From Macrostomum lignano (Eukaryota), in contig NIVC01000230.1 in assembly GCA_002269645.1 (NCBI GenBank), positions 62,001 through 126,000 on the forward strand: a stretch of DNA of 64,000 nt, read 5' to 3'. Position numbers and translations under genes: made by a program. Under the pieces are notes generated by a model. That model ran no database searches, was not told the origin of the DNA, and saw only the letters and a list, made by a program, of their open reading frames with translations. Of the stretch, positions 13,172 through 25,808 are shown piece after piece (position 1 is the first letter of the stretch; every line of letters begins with the position of its first letter).

Positions 13172-13710
13172 TATGACATCTTTATGACTACTATGACTAT
13201 TCTATGGCCATTTTATGACTAATCTATGACTAGATTATGACGACTACATGACTACTATATGACTACCCAATGACTACTCCGTGATTAACCATTGATTAAT
13301 CTAGGATCAGTCAATTACTCATCTATGACATATCTATGACTTGTCTATGACTCATCTATGACTGCTCCATGACACATCTATGACTGCTCCATGACTTATC
13401 TATGACTGTTCTATGACTCAATCTATGACTGCTCCATGACTTATCTATGACTGCTCCATGACTTATCTATGACTGCTCCATGACTTATCTATGACTGCTC
13501 CATGACTTATCTATGACTCAATCTATATGACTGCTCCATGACTTATCTATGACTCAATCTATGACTGCTCCATGACTTATCTATGACTGCTCCATGACTT
13601 ATCTATGACTGCTCCATGACTTATCTATGACTCAATCTATATGACTGCTCCATGACTTATCTATGACTCAATCTATGACTGCTTCATGACTTATCTATGA
13701 TATCTATGAT
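13172..13710. repeat. ATGAC-based satellite, regular 22-bp unit ATGACTGCTCCATGACTTATCT from ~13355
   Basis: Directly visible; degenerate 5' flank built from the same ATGACT motif. Confidence 0.9.
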
Positions 13711-14325
13711 AAGGTATTACTAATCTACATAAAATTGACTAGTAATGTGTATTTTATGACTATAATAAAAATCAAATTTCTAACTATTTAATATTACCAT
13801 ACGATATGAAAGCCGGTCCATTTATAAAAAGTACTTTTGCATGAACTTGTTTTGCACTTTTAAGAACGAAAGCGCTCACCGACTGAACTAACAAACTAAG
13901 CAAATTAGTTATGCTTTATGCAGCCCAGATGTTTTATCGAATACCGAATACTGCCTCCAGCTTTAATATCCCCTGTCTCCCCCTTGCCTCTCTGCCGCCT
14001 GCCGCTAAATGCTTTCCAGTGTGCTGAGGCAAATTTCCATTAAGAGATCGAATTCCTTGAGAATATGCGATTCCATGCTCTCAGCAGCAACCCATTCTCC
14101 CTAACTCCCTCTCTCTCATCTCCTCCATCTCCTTCGCCTCAGCTCTTCCCAGCTGAAAAGTCAGTCTCGCACAGATCAGTAGCTCGAAGGAGGTAGCTTA
14201 GGGCACCCATGCATGCCCGGATGGCTTGAGAATTATATAGACTGCATGATTCATGCACTTGTTTAGCCTAGATGTATGAAGCAGTGAAATCTTCGCTTGT
14301 CTCGATTGAGCTGCTCTGTGACACC

Positions 14326-15280
14326 TGTATCTGCCTCTCCGCTGTCCCCTCAGAATCCTTGAATCTGCCTCTCCGCTGTCCCTCAGGATCCTTGAATCTG
14401 CCTCTCCGCTGTCCCCCCAAAGTCCTTGAATCTGCCTCTCCGCTGTCCCTCAGGATCCTTGAATCTGCCTCTCCGCTGTTCCTCAGGATCCTTGAATCTG
14501 CCTCTCCGCTGTCCCCCCAGGGTCCTTGAATCTGCCTCTCCGCTGTCCCCTCAGAATCCTTGAATCTGCCTCTCCGCTCTCCCTCAGGATCCTTGAATCT
14601 GCCTCTCCGCTGTCCCCCCAGGGTCCTTGAATCTGCCTCTCCGCTGTCCCCCCAAGGTCCTTGAATCTGCCTCTCCGCTGTCCCCCAGAGTCCTTGAATC
14701 TGCCTCTCCGCTGTCCCCTCAGAATCCTTGAATCTGCCTCTCCGCTGTCCCCCCAGGGTCCTTGAATCTGCCTCTCCGCTGTCCCCTCAGAATCCTTGAA
14801 TCTGCCTCTCCGCTGTCCCTCAGGATCCTTGAATCTGCCTCTCCGCTGTCCCCCCAAGGTCCTTGAATCTGCCTCTCCGCTGTCCCCCCAGGGTCCTTGA
14901 ATCTGCCTCTCCGCTGTCCCTCAGGATCCTCGAATCTGCCTCTCCGCTCTCCCTCAGGATCCTTGAATCTGCCTCTCCGCTCTCCCTCAGGATCCTTGAA
15001 TCTGCCTCTCCGCTGTCCCCCTAGGGTCCTTGAATCTGCCTCTCCACTGTCCCCTAGGGTCCTTGAATCTGCCTCTCCGCTGTCCCCCCAGGGTCCTTGA
15101 ATCTGCCTCTCCGCCGTCCCCTCAGGATCCTTGAATCTGCCTCTCCGCCGTCCCCTCAGGGTCCTTGAATCTGCCTCTCCGCTGTCCCCCCAGGGTCCTT
15201 GAATCTGCCTCTCCGCCGTCCCCTCAGGATCCTTGAATCTGCCTCTCCGCCGTCCCCTCAGGGTCCTTGAATCTGCCTCT
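14326..15280. repeat. ~31-33-bp minisatellite (TCCTTGAATCTGCCTCTCCGCTGTCCCCCCAGGG)
   Basis: Directly visible; explains the GQRRGRFKDP / ILESASPLSP ORFs. Confidence 0.95.
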
Positions 15281-16261
15281 AAGAGCATCGGCGCCTTGCA
15301 GGAAAATTGAATGCGATGAGCGTTGTACACGCCTCTGAGTGAGGTTTTACCATAGAACGGGGTGGAAATAGCATTTCAGGAAATAACTTCACCAATTTGG
15401 TGGGAATACGTATCCCATGGACCTTGTGAGGGCAGAACAAAGGAGAATCCAAAGGCTGTGAACTTCTTCTCAAACGAACTCTATGCTAATAACCAAATAA
15501 AATTTAATAAGATTAAAGCGGAGCGGCTCAAGGAAGTTCCTTCCTTCTGATAGGAATATTGAGGTCGCCCTGTTTACCACCTTCAATACCTTGCACTTAA
15601 GTGGCATGGCTGCTACGGAATAATGAAATCAATGACGGCATGCCTGGTGAGTGAGCCATGTGACCTTGCGTATTTAATGCACGCATTTCTTAAGCGCGAA
15701 ATGTCTCAACACTTGCATTTTTGAGCATCGTCTTTGTACATAATTCTAGCCAGAACTAGACAGCACATTGACGAGAAAACGTGGTTTTTCCAGAGAGGTA
15801 GGTGGATTAAAGAAATCGGCTTCAAATTTTCGTCTGTATTGGCAATATTCTGTACAAGACATATCCTACTAATTAAAAAACTATCTGGTAGTTACTATAT
15901 TTCTTCAGGCAAAGTAAACCTATAAAAATTACTTAAGTGTAGTACACATAATTATTAGTTTTCATTGCCAGTCTGAGTGAACGCAGTCTAAAAATAGATT
16001 TTGTAAACCCCACCAAGCGAGTCTGTCCCATCATTTTTCATCGATCTTCGCCACGAACGAACTGTCTCGATCCACAGATAAACATGAGCAGTAATTACAT
16101 GCACGTAGTTCGTATTAAGAGTTAAGAGATGCACGAGTAAGCCCTGACTTGTGATTGTCATAACAGGTGTCCCAAACGATGCTGCCTCATATTAGTTTGA
16201 GTTGTGGGCTGGCGGAAGTGGCTGAAAAGAGTCAGACAATGTGAAGCTTCAAAACTGAGAG

Positions 16262-16341
16262 ATCAAAACCTACATGTAGTTTATTCAAAACATTTTATTC
16301 CAGTCTTTGTTGCGTCCCCAACGGGGGGCGCTGATTGCTAG
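16262..16341 (+). mobile_element. Helitron-type 3' end (family B)
   Basis: Hairpin CGTCCCCAACGGGGGGCG, then CTGATTG, CTAG (16338-16341) and T. About 80 bp of homology to the reverse complement of 22020-22098. Confidence 0.65.
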
Positions 16342-16825
16342 TCCACTATACTATAACCTATATTACTACGTGCATGGTGGGACGCAGCTCATTTCAACAG
16401 CTCAACAAGGTTTTGGAGATTAAAAAGTGAGAAAGTGACAGGAAGCGAATGAAAAACAAGGCTCACAGGCCTCATAAAAGTGCACTTGCACTCAATCGCT
16501 GATTGGTCTAGCAGCTATGCAGCGAGCGAACCGCTCTTCACACCCGACCGTACAGAGAGAATCTCCTTAGTCCCGAAATTGGCAATGATATATAATACAC
16601 GTATACGGGTCTGAGAGAGAAGGGGAGAGAAAGCCAAGAGGGAGTATAGCTATAAGTAGACACCCAACTCAAAAAGTTCCCGCTGAGAGGAGAAAGTGAA
16701 AATCGTAGGACAGGCGCAGACTCCATGCAGCCCTTGTAGTCGAGCCATGCCGGCTCTTCAAACTTGAACAAGTTCCGCTTTGAACTTTCTTTCAAAAAGT
16801 CTATCTTCATCCAGCCATTCACGCG

Positions 16826-18019
16826 ATGGGCAGCGCCATGGCTCGTCTGCTGGCAGTTTGTGCCACTTCAAAGTGCCGCCATAGTGTCCATCCACGTCAG
16901 ACACATCCTGTACAGCCGCTAAATCCGCTTCCAAGACAGCATTGGAAGCTGCAGAATCGTCGTCATCAAAATCAGCATCACCGAGCTCCTCTGGCCCCGA
17001 TACCGTTGGAGAACTGGCGATTGACTCCGCCGCTGAGACAGTCGCTGCGTCAACGCAGGCAGGAGCCGCCACCTCATCAGCGTTCTCAAGAAGCTGCTTC
17101 TGCAGATTCTTCATCAACATTATCCAGCTTCGCAATCCGGCTGAGTCCCAACGGGGAGGATGACGGCTCTGACGGTGTCACCGTGAATTTGCGGCATCGT
17201 AAGTGCCGTCAGAAGTCTAGAGATCGGCGACAACGCAGTCTAGCAAGCGCGGTTGCGGGAGAGCTCAGCAACAGCAGCAGCAGCGGAGGCAACCAATGCC
17301 GAGTGAGATTGAAGCGAGCCACCGCTTCAGCTGACGGGCCAGCTCAGGTGATTGGCAAAGGGTTTGATTCTGTGCATGGACGCATTTATTTGGGGCTTTT
17401 ATTAGGGTTGTCGTACGATTCAGAACCCAATGCACAGAGAGTGTACATGCCTGTACACGCTTGACGATTAGAAAGTCAGGGCACCTGTTCACCCTGTGTG
17501 AGCGTGTGCACGAGTGCGCGCTTGCGTGTGCTCAGGAGTCAGGAGTACTGCGGGACGATGTCGTCAAATTCGTTGCGTCAGTATGCTCACGACTCTTCAA
17601 CGAATATCTTTTTTGATTTACAGGTGATTGACAGCTGGCCTCAGGTGCAACTGAGACTGCGTCACAAGCAACATGAGGAGCTGCTCAGTCAGCATCAACA
17701 TCGACCAGATCAACGAGGCAACGGTGCAGCAGCTTCAGCAACAAGGCAGCAGAAGCTGCACGCATTTTGTTGCCTGCCAGTCAGCCGATGGACCGTCGAC
17801 TGTCTGCGACGAAGTGCGGATAAAATTGCAGCTCTGGCGACCCGGTTCGACTGTTTGCTGAACGAGCCGGCGGCTTCAGTCGCGGACGACGCAGGAGAGT
17901 CAAGCGAATCGGGCTGCTGCCTGGAAATCTGGGGACCGAATGTGAGCAGAGTGAGGCAGTTTCACGATCGGCTGCTCATGCTGGCCGCTAGTGAGAATTG
18001 CCCCGGCATTAGATTTTGA
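16826..18019 (+). CDS. Putative 2-exon gene, ~305 aa, with a degenerate KH-like C-terminal region
   Basis: Exons 16826-17347 (ATG; donor CAG|GTGATT) and 17624-18019 (acceptor TTTGATTTACAG|), phase 0, GPAQ-VIDSWP. The C-terminus LPVSRWTVDCL...KIAALATRFDC...LEIWGPNVSRVRQFHDRLL resembles KH spacing but lacks GxxG. Exon 1 is less certain than exon 2. Confidence 0.45.
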
Positions 18020-18098
18020 GAGCAAGTAATAAACAGCTGCATGGACTATTTAGGATACGCTCGTACTGGTCGGTTCCCTATTAGAGCTAAATGCATGT

Positions 18099-19010
18099 GT
18101 CTACCCCATCTATCTCATCTACCCCATCTACCCCATCTACCCCATCTATCTCATCATCTACCCATCTACCCCATCTACCCCATCTACCCCATCTATCTCA
18201 TCTACCCCATCTACCCCATCTACCCCATCTATCTCATCTACCCCATCTACCCCATCTACCCCATCTATCTCATCATCTACCCATCTACCCCATCTACCCC
18301 ATCTACCCCATCTATCTCATCTACCCCATCTACCCCATCTACCCCATCTATCTCATCTACCCCATCTACCCCATCTACCCCATCTATCTCATCATCTACC
18401 CATCTACCCCATCTACCCCATCTATCTCATCTACCCCATCTACCTCATCTACCCCATCGACCCTAATCCACCCATCTACCCCATCTACCCTATCTACCCT
18501 ATCTACCCCATCCACCCCATCAACCCCATCTACCCCATCTACTCTATCTACCCCATCTACCCCATCAACCCCATCTACCCAATCTACTCTATCTACCCCA
18601 TCAACCCCATCAACCCCATCTACCCTATCTACCCTATCTACCCTATCTACTCCATCAACCCCATCTACCCCATCTACTCTATCTACCCAAGCTACCAGGG
18701 GCGTTGCCATGGATTTAATGTGGGGGACAAAGCTACGAATTCTACACGTACATGTGCATTATTTTCAGAGTCGGTGTTGTCAGCTGCTCATTTTTGCGCC
18801 GCAGGCACTCATTTTGGTGCCACAGACGCTATGTTTTGTCGCCCTGAAGCAAAATTATTGATTTCCATAACGCGTAACAAGGTTGGGTGAGGGGGGACAA
18901 AGCATTGGCATGCCCCCCACAGCTTTTACTGGGGGGGGGGGGAACATGGGTGGCGACGCCCCCGCAATCTACCCTATCTACCCTATCTACATGTACCCTA
19001 CCTACCCAGT
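18099..19010. repeat. 9-bp satellite (CTACCCCAT) interrupted by a MITE
   Basis: Directly visible at 18099-18695 and 18965-19010. Confidence 0.95.
18696..18964. mobile_element. 269-bp hAT-like MITE inserted in the 9-bp satellite
   Basis: TIRs CAGGGGCGTTGCCA and TGGCGACGCCCCCG. 8-bp TSD CAAGCTAC (18688-18695) / CAATCTAC (18965-18972) with one mismatch. An 8-bp TSD is typical of hAT. Confidence 0.75.
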
Positions 19011-21100
19011 CTACCATATCTAAGGAGGATCACATAGCTATAAAAATTCAGCTGATTTTTGCGTACAATCTATCTTTATAGCTGTAAAGCGGTAAAACCC
19101 AAGTGCAAGTGATTATCTTCGAGTTTTGTCTTCTTGCGCAACCCACAGCAATCAATGCAGCTCTATCAATCAGTTTTTTTGTATTCTTATTTGAATCATT
19201 TTGATTACTTGATTTTTTGTAGGCGTAAGTAAAACGAACATTTTGATAACAAACTAATAAGATTGAATTTATTTTTTTCTTGGAGCAAACAAGGTTTTCT
19301 ATTTGTTTTAACACGAATTTTTTTCTTAGAAAAAAACATGCGAAGCTCTTATACGGTAGCAATAATGTATCCAGAAAAATACTTTGCCATTCGAAACACG
19401 ATATCTACGCATTCGCAGTTTGGTTCTGTGCCACCTGCATTTTTTATCCAGTCAGGCAATATTGTAATATTATATGGGTAGTTCAGAGTGGATCTTCAAC
19501 TTTGCAAGGTCTTTTCACACGTACGTACCTGACACCAAATTAATTATTAGCTATAAAAAATTCCAGAAAAATATTTTGTCTCAATTTATATTCAACATGC
19601 AATCAATGAAAGATCAGAAAGTTTGTTTAAAATTATCAATTTTCGGAACTAATTTTTAATTAGTTATTCTTCAGATATCGAACTCCAGTGCAGAGAATAA
19701 ATTAAGCCTTTTATAACTCGATTCGATTATTTAATTAGCTCATTTGCATAATCTCACCCTCGAAGCTGCTGCAGAATGAAAAGTACAACCCATGCAGTCG
19801 GTACCAGCTTGTGTCAGGTTGGAAACAAAGTACACGGTTAAAAGACTGTAACCTAACAGGGTTTGGAGGGTTTGGATTTAGGAGAGGCAATCGAAAATGA
19901 GAGATTAGAGGGGAGAGGAGGGCAATAGATGGGATGAGAGAAGGGATACGATAGAAGATAAGAGGGTATACGCTCGTAGAGAGATGAGAGAGAGGGAAGA
20001 GAAGAGGAGGAGAGGGCTAAAAAGTGAAATTGTTTCAAAGGACCCGAGGGCCGGATACAGAGGCTCAGCGCTGGTTCGTCAGACGATGTCGCCCAAGGCG
20101 TTGCGTCAGGGTGTCTGCAGCAACCCTCCTGCAAATATTTAATGAATTTAGTCACACGGATATATTGACATTAACTACAGTCTCTTAATGAATTATCCTA
20201 AAGAGATATGTACTGCATTCCTATCCGTTAGTAAATTTTTGCAATATTATTTTCAATTATTTTCGGTTCACTGATTCGAGTTGCTGGTCGAAAAGTACAA
20301 GCCAAGTAGATTAATTATGAAACTCGAAGGCACCGCTCGTACACGAGGGACCAATATTTAATTAGCGCACCCGTATACGAAACTACTGACTGATTATACT
20401 AAGTATAGAACTATACTTAATAATAACACTGAATGTTTATACAATCGGATTGCTCGAATAGCGCACAGACATTTTACAGCAGGCGTCGATAAAATTGTCC
20501 CGATAAATTCCTCTGATTAATTTTGAACAAGTTATTAGAAATACTAAACTATATTTCAGATTCTGTGTATCTAGAAGAAGTCTTTGATCGAGAGCTCCAA
20601 GAAGTTCATCCCCGAAGCCCCCGGCCAAAGGGCACTGATTGGTAAAGCAGAGACGCACAGATAGAGCAAGTAAAAGACGTTTGAATTAACAAGCTCGCGC
20701 GTCAATTCAGCCGTGACTTCTGTGCTCATCCAGCGTCCTGTCCCGAGACTTAATCTGCCTTGTCAGCTTTGGCTTTTTAAGCCACGTTCGGTAGCTTGAG
20801 ATGGATTAGAGCTAAAGCCAGTAGGGATTAGGGATTAGCGCGATGCAGAGTCGACTGACTGCACCCGCCAGGAGGCTGCAGAAGCAGATGCAAAGCTCTG
20901 GAGCTGTTTGGCTCTCTTTTTGTTGTTGCATTTTATCGGCAGGAAATTTATATAAGACGAGTTTATTAACAACCCAAGGCGAGAGACTGTAGAAATAGTA
21001 GAACTATTTAAACAAAAATATTGCCAAAAAACTTATTCATAAGTCAGCAATTGAAGTTGCAAAATCTATAATGATAATATAGATATTTGCATATTCTACA

Positions 21101-21940
21101 GTACTCTGAGATTTGGATAATCTACTCTGAGATTTGGATAATCTATTCTGAGATTAGGATAATCTACTCTGAGATTTGGATAATCTACTCTGAGATTTGG
21201 ATAATCCACTCTGAGATTTGGATAATCTACTCTGAGATTTTGATAATCCACTCTGAGATTTGGATAATCTACTCTGAGATTTGGATAATTTATTCTGAGA
21301 TTAGGATAATCTACTCTGATATTTGGATAATCTACTCTGATATTTGGATAATCTACTCAAAGATTTAAATAATCAACTCTGAGATTTTTGATAATCGAAA
21401 TTGAGACTTGGATAACCTACTCTGATATTTGGATAATCTATTCTGAGATTTGGATAATCTATTCTGAGATTTGGATAATCTACTCTGATATTTGGATAAT
21501 CTATTCTAAGATTTGGATAATCTATTCTGAGATTTGGATAATCTACTCTGAGATTTAGATAATCTACTCAAAGATTTAAATAATCAACTCTGAGATTTTG
21601 ATAATCGAAATTGAGACTTGGATAACCTACTCTGATATTTGGATAATCTATTCTGAGATTTGGATAATCTATTCTGAGATTTTGATAATCTATTCTGAGA
21701 TTTGGATAATCTACTCTGATATTTGGATAATCTATTCTAAGATTTGGATAATCTATTCTGAGATTTGGATAATCTACTCTGAGATTTAGATAATCTACTC
21801 TGAAATTTTGATAATCTACTCTGAGATTTGGATAATCTATTCTGAGATTTGGATAATCTACTCTGATATTTGGATAATCTACTCTGAGATTTCGATAATC
21901 TACTCTGACAGTTGGAAAATTTACTCTGAGATTTGGATAA
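21101..21940. repeat. 21-bp minisatellite (TACTCTGAGATTTGGATAATC)
   Basis: Directly visible; source of the IYSEIWI ORFs. Confidence 0.95.
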
Positions 21941-22019
21941 ACTGTATTATTAGCATCACCTTCACTGAACTAATATGTATTTTTTATATTAAATTGGCTA
22001 CGAACATAAAATTATATTA

Positions 22020-22560
22020 CTAGCAATCAGCGCCCCCCGTTGAAGAGCCAAAAAATGGAATACTAATTTTTGAATAAACTACATGTAGCTTTTGACCTTA
22101 GCCTTGACGTCTCAGCAATTCCCCCCGTAAGCCTTGACATCTCAGCAATTCCCCCCGTAAGCCTTGACATCTCAACAATTCCCCCGTAAGCCTTGACATC
22201 TCACCAATTCCCCCCGTAAGCCTTGACATCTCAACAATTCCCCCTGTAAGCCTTGACATCTCAACAATTCCCCCCGTAAGCCTTGACATCTCAACAATTC
22301 CCCCTGTAAGCCTTGACATCTCAATAATTCCCCCCGTAAGCCTTGACATCTCAACGATTCCCCCTGTAAGCCTTGACATCTCAACAATTCCCCCTGTAAG
22401 CCTTGACATCTCAATAATTCCCCCCGTAAGCCTTGACATCTCAACGATTCCCCCTGTAAGCCTTGACATCTCAGCAATGCCCCCCGTCAACATTAACATA
22501 TCAGCAATTCTCCGCAAGACGCTTCTTTTATGTTTGACATGACGCTTCTTTTATTATTTT
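22020..22560 (-). mobile_element. Helitron-type element (family B) 3' portion carrying a 30-bp array
   Basis: CTAG at 22020-22023 followed by T on the minus strand, with a partly decayed hairpin. 30-bp array CCGTAAGCCTTGACATCTCAACAATTCCCC at about 22098-22490, then family-A-like TTTTATGTTTGACATG units at 22520-22555. Confidence 0.6.
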
Positions 22561-23723
22561 CAAGTTGACAGAAAATTTCTTAAACTTCGACACTAGTACT
22601 TTTTTATGAAAGTAGTAGCATTCAAACATTTTGTTTTTGTAGAAGAAAAATTCACAAATGATTTGATTGACATTTGAGAAATTCGGCTACAGCTTGGCTA
22701 GCATATTTTTGGGAGTCTTCAGAGTAGCAAAGCGGCTTATAAGAAGCTCTTAACATCTGTAATTATCTTCTCGTAGCATATCAGTGCTCAGCCAATAATG
22801 AGCAGCAATCTATAAGAAAATCAGTTCGTGCTATATAAGCCACTTCAAAAGCACACCATTTACAATTGCACCACTTCAATTGTAGCAATAGTGAGACTAC
22901 TTGAGCATTAAACTGTTGTGCAGTATTTCAAACAGACATATTTCATTTCAGACATATCTGCCTGCCAAGCAGCACAATGGATTACATAAGTGGCCAATTT
23001 TACATTGCAGACCACTTGTCTCGGTTCACTGCGTTGCATACAGCAATTCAACAGCTACTGTTGAAATTTTGGTTGGAGATGGTAAAAATTGCATAAAGAC
23101 ATTGCCCGCAATACCAGCAAAGAAACACATGTATAAAAAGCAGGCAGAAAACTAGCGTGTTCCTTTGTTTGTACATAGTCAGTTTTTACTGTTAAAATTC
23201 TTGGTGATGACACGTGTACGACCATAGCTACACATGAATCTTCTATTAGAAATATCACGACCGTTGCGTCATGACACATAAAAAAATTGTAACCATTTGA
23301 GTCATTGAAATTTTTAAGCTCTTTAAGGAAAAAAATCGATTTTTATAACGTTTTCAGAGTATCTCAATATTTTTTTTTTCATTTTGGTCGGATAGTGGTT
23401 TATTTGAAAGTTAGATATCAAACAATATAATACGAACTATAGACGTCAGTAACGCTACAAACTTATGAAAAATACTTAAAAGGCACAGATTTCTGAGGTT
23501 TGCTAATCGAAAAACCCCATTCAGCGCTACACGGGTTCTCTAAGAACGACAAATACGCGTTCCTTACCGACCTCCAGATCAATTCTAAGAAAATCGAGTG
23601 GCAGCGTTCTTTTACTGAAGTTGGTATATGTGCAGTGCTTGATTGTGAGGATACTTCAATTGTCATACGTTCTCTTACTATATCTGCTGATTTTAAGCTG
23701 CCTGCGAAGCACCCTAAAAACCT

Positions 23724-25808
23724 TCAAGATTGAGTCCGGTCGCTGTGCACTCTGGAGTGCTTACGCAACGATGACGGATGGCTGTAGGACTTGCCGCAGT
23801 TGGCCACCTGACAGCGATAGCCCTTGGCGCTGGCGTGCACCTGCGCGTGCTTCTTCCGATCCGAACTGTTGGCGAAGCGCCTGTCGCAGCCGGGGAAGTC
23901 GCAGGCGAAAGGTTTCTCACCTGCAATGCCCAGGTTGACGAATTCAAGACTCTTAACAAGGGGCTAAGTTAGGAATTTTTTATGGGAATTTCACATCTTT
24001 GAAGAGGCTTTTGACATGTCTTCGACTTGGCTGCAGGGCGATCCGAAGACGCAGCGACGAGGCGAACGTCGCCCATTCCGCTAATTCCTGATAAGCCGCA
24101 TTGGCTAGGGCGCTGGACCGGCAGGGAGGTCCGCCGGACCTGTCTGCAGCGTTGTCTTCGGTGGGGAAGAAAGGAGGCTCGTTGGTAGCCCGGAGGAATC
24201 GGATAAGACATGGAATGTTCTCGGGCCGGCAAGCGTCGTCCAGGGACGGGTTGGGCCCCGAGGTAGTGGAGCCGGTCTCAGTTGAAGGCCGGACTGCTAG
24301 CAGCTTTTGACATGTACTTAAACCAATTTTGAAGGAAGAGTTCGTTAATCAATCCTAATACATGTTATTAAAGACTACCAATTTGACGGAATCCACCAAC
24401 TACAGTAAGTTCAAAGCATTGTCTTTCAAACTTATCAAACTTTGTCGGTTATATTGTCTAAAATTCTTGTGCTTTTGAAAAGGTTGCTTCATTCAAAACA
24501 CAAGAGGCCATTATGGTTGCTCTTGAAAATGATTTACAACATCTTTACCTGTATGAATTCTTAGATGAATCTTCAAGTTCTCTGCCCTAGCGAATCGACG
24601 CCCGCAGTTGACGAAGTTGCACCGAAACGGTCGCTCTCCGGTGTGAACCCGGATGTGATTCACCAGCTTGTAGCGAGCGGTGAATGGCATACGCTGACGG
24701 GGCAATTCAGCCAGTGACATACGTGACGGTCTTTTCGTTCGTCAGCCTCATGACTGTCGTTTGCTGGGGGGGGGGGACAGCAAACAATATTGATCTTATC
24801 AGCCCTTAAGTTGCACGTCGATACACCCAAAAATAGCAGCAATAAGAGTAATAATATTAACAATAGTAGTCGCAACAGTTAAAAAGGCGTTTTGGAACCT
24901 AAATACAACGCAACTGTGCTACATCGTCCCAGCAGGACTGAGGCAATTCTTCTCACTCTGCAGACTCCTGAACGCATACAAGCGAGCCAATACTGTACTC
25001 ACGCACTCATGCACCCACTCACCAGGGTGCACAGCGGCCCTGACTTTCTAAACGTCCAGCATGTATGCTCTCTGAGCCTTTGGGGCTGGCCCTCATGGGT
25101 TCGAATCGCAGGACAACGCAAGGTATATTTTTTAAAAAAGGCCTCAAATTAGATCGCGCAAATGAAATCGAATCCAGGACTCGTGGACTGCTATAAGCTA
25201 CTCTGCCCCGGCACGCAACCGAAGGTGACTATTTTCAGTTTTACACAAAATTACATGCAGAAGTAAATATAATCCATGGTTACTCGGTGTCAGCACTTAC
25301 TGGAAGACTTTAGATGATCGCTGGTCACATGCTGCACAATATCGCTCACTCTATGAAAGAGTCGACCGCAGTAGCTTTGGTCTGATTCATCGTCGGTACA
25401 ACTCAGCCACAGGCATCGCAATTCAGATGAAGAGGAGGCTGTAGTGACGTTCTGTTCCGACGACGCTTTTGTAGACTTAGACAGTTGGGATTGATGCTGC
25501 TGCTGATGCTGCAGTTCTTCTAGCATGCAGGAAGACACATTAAACGCCGGTTTCTGCTGCTGCTGCTGTTGTTGATGATGATAATAATGATGATAGTGAT
25601 GGTGCTGAAAGTGATACGACTCAGCAGCAGGTTGAGTCAGCAGGGTGAGCTGTTGCTGCCGATAGCAGAGACAACAGCAGCAGTACTGACCGTGATGAGT
25701 CTGGTACTGCTGGTAATAGCACGAAGGCTGGTAAGGCACGTAACAGCATAGCGCTTGAGCTCCGGCGCTGTAGTACGGAGCAACCGCAGGCTCTGGTCCA
25801 ATGAACAT
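23724..25808 (-). CDS. zic: Zic / odd-paired C2H2 zinc-finger transcription factor (3 exons; 1-nt deletion in finger 2 as assembled)
   Basis: Exons 25808-25301, 24763-24549 and 23920-23724, with phase 1/1 introns. Five fingers: CLW...[62 protein letters not shown]|[24 protein letters not shown]. Summed length is 920 nt, one short of 307 codons. Confidence 0.92.
24007..24315 (-). mobile_element. 283-bp GC-rich insertion with 13-bp target-site duplication in Zic intron 2 (probable retroposed/non-LTR fragment)
   Basis: GCTTTTGACATGT at 24007-24019 and 24303-24315. One minus-strand frame is open across the insert (…[22 protein letters not shown]…). Confidence 0.65.
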
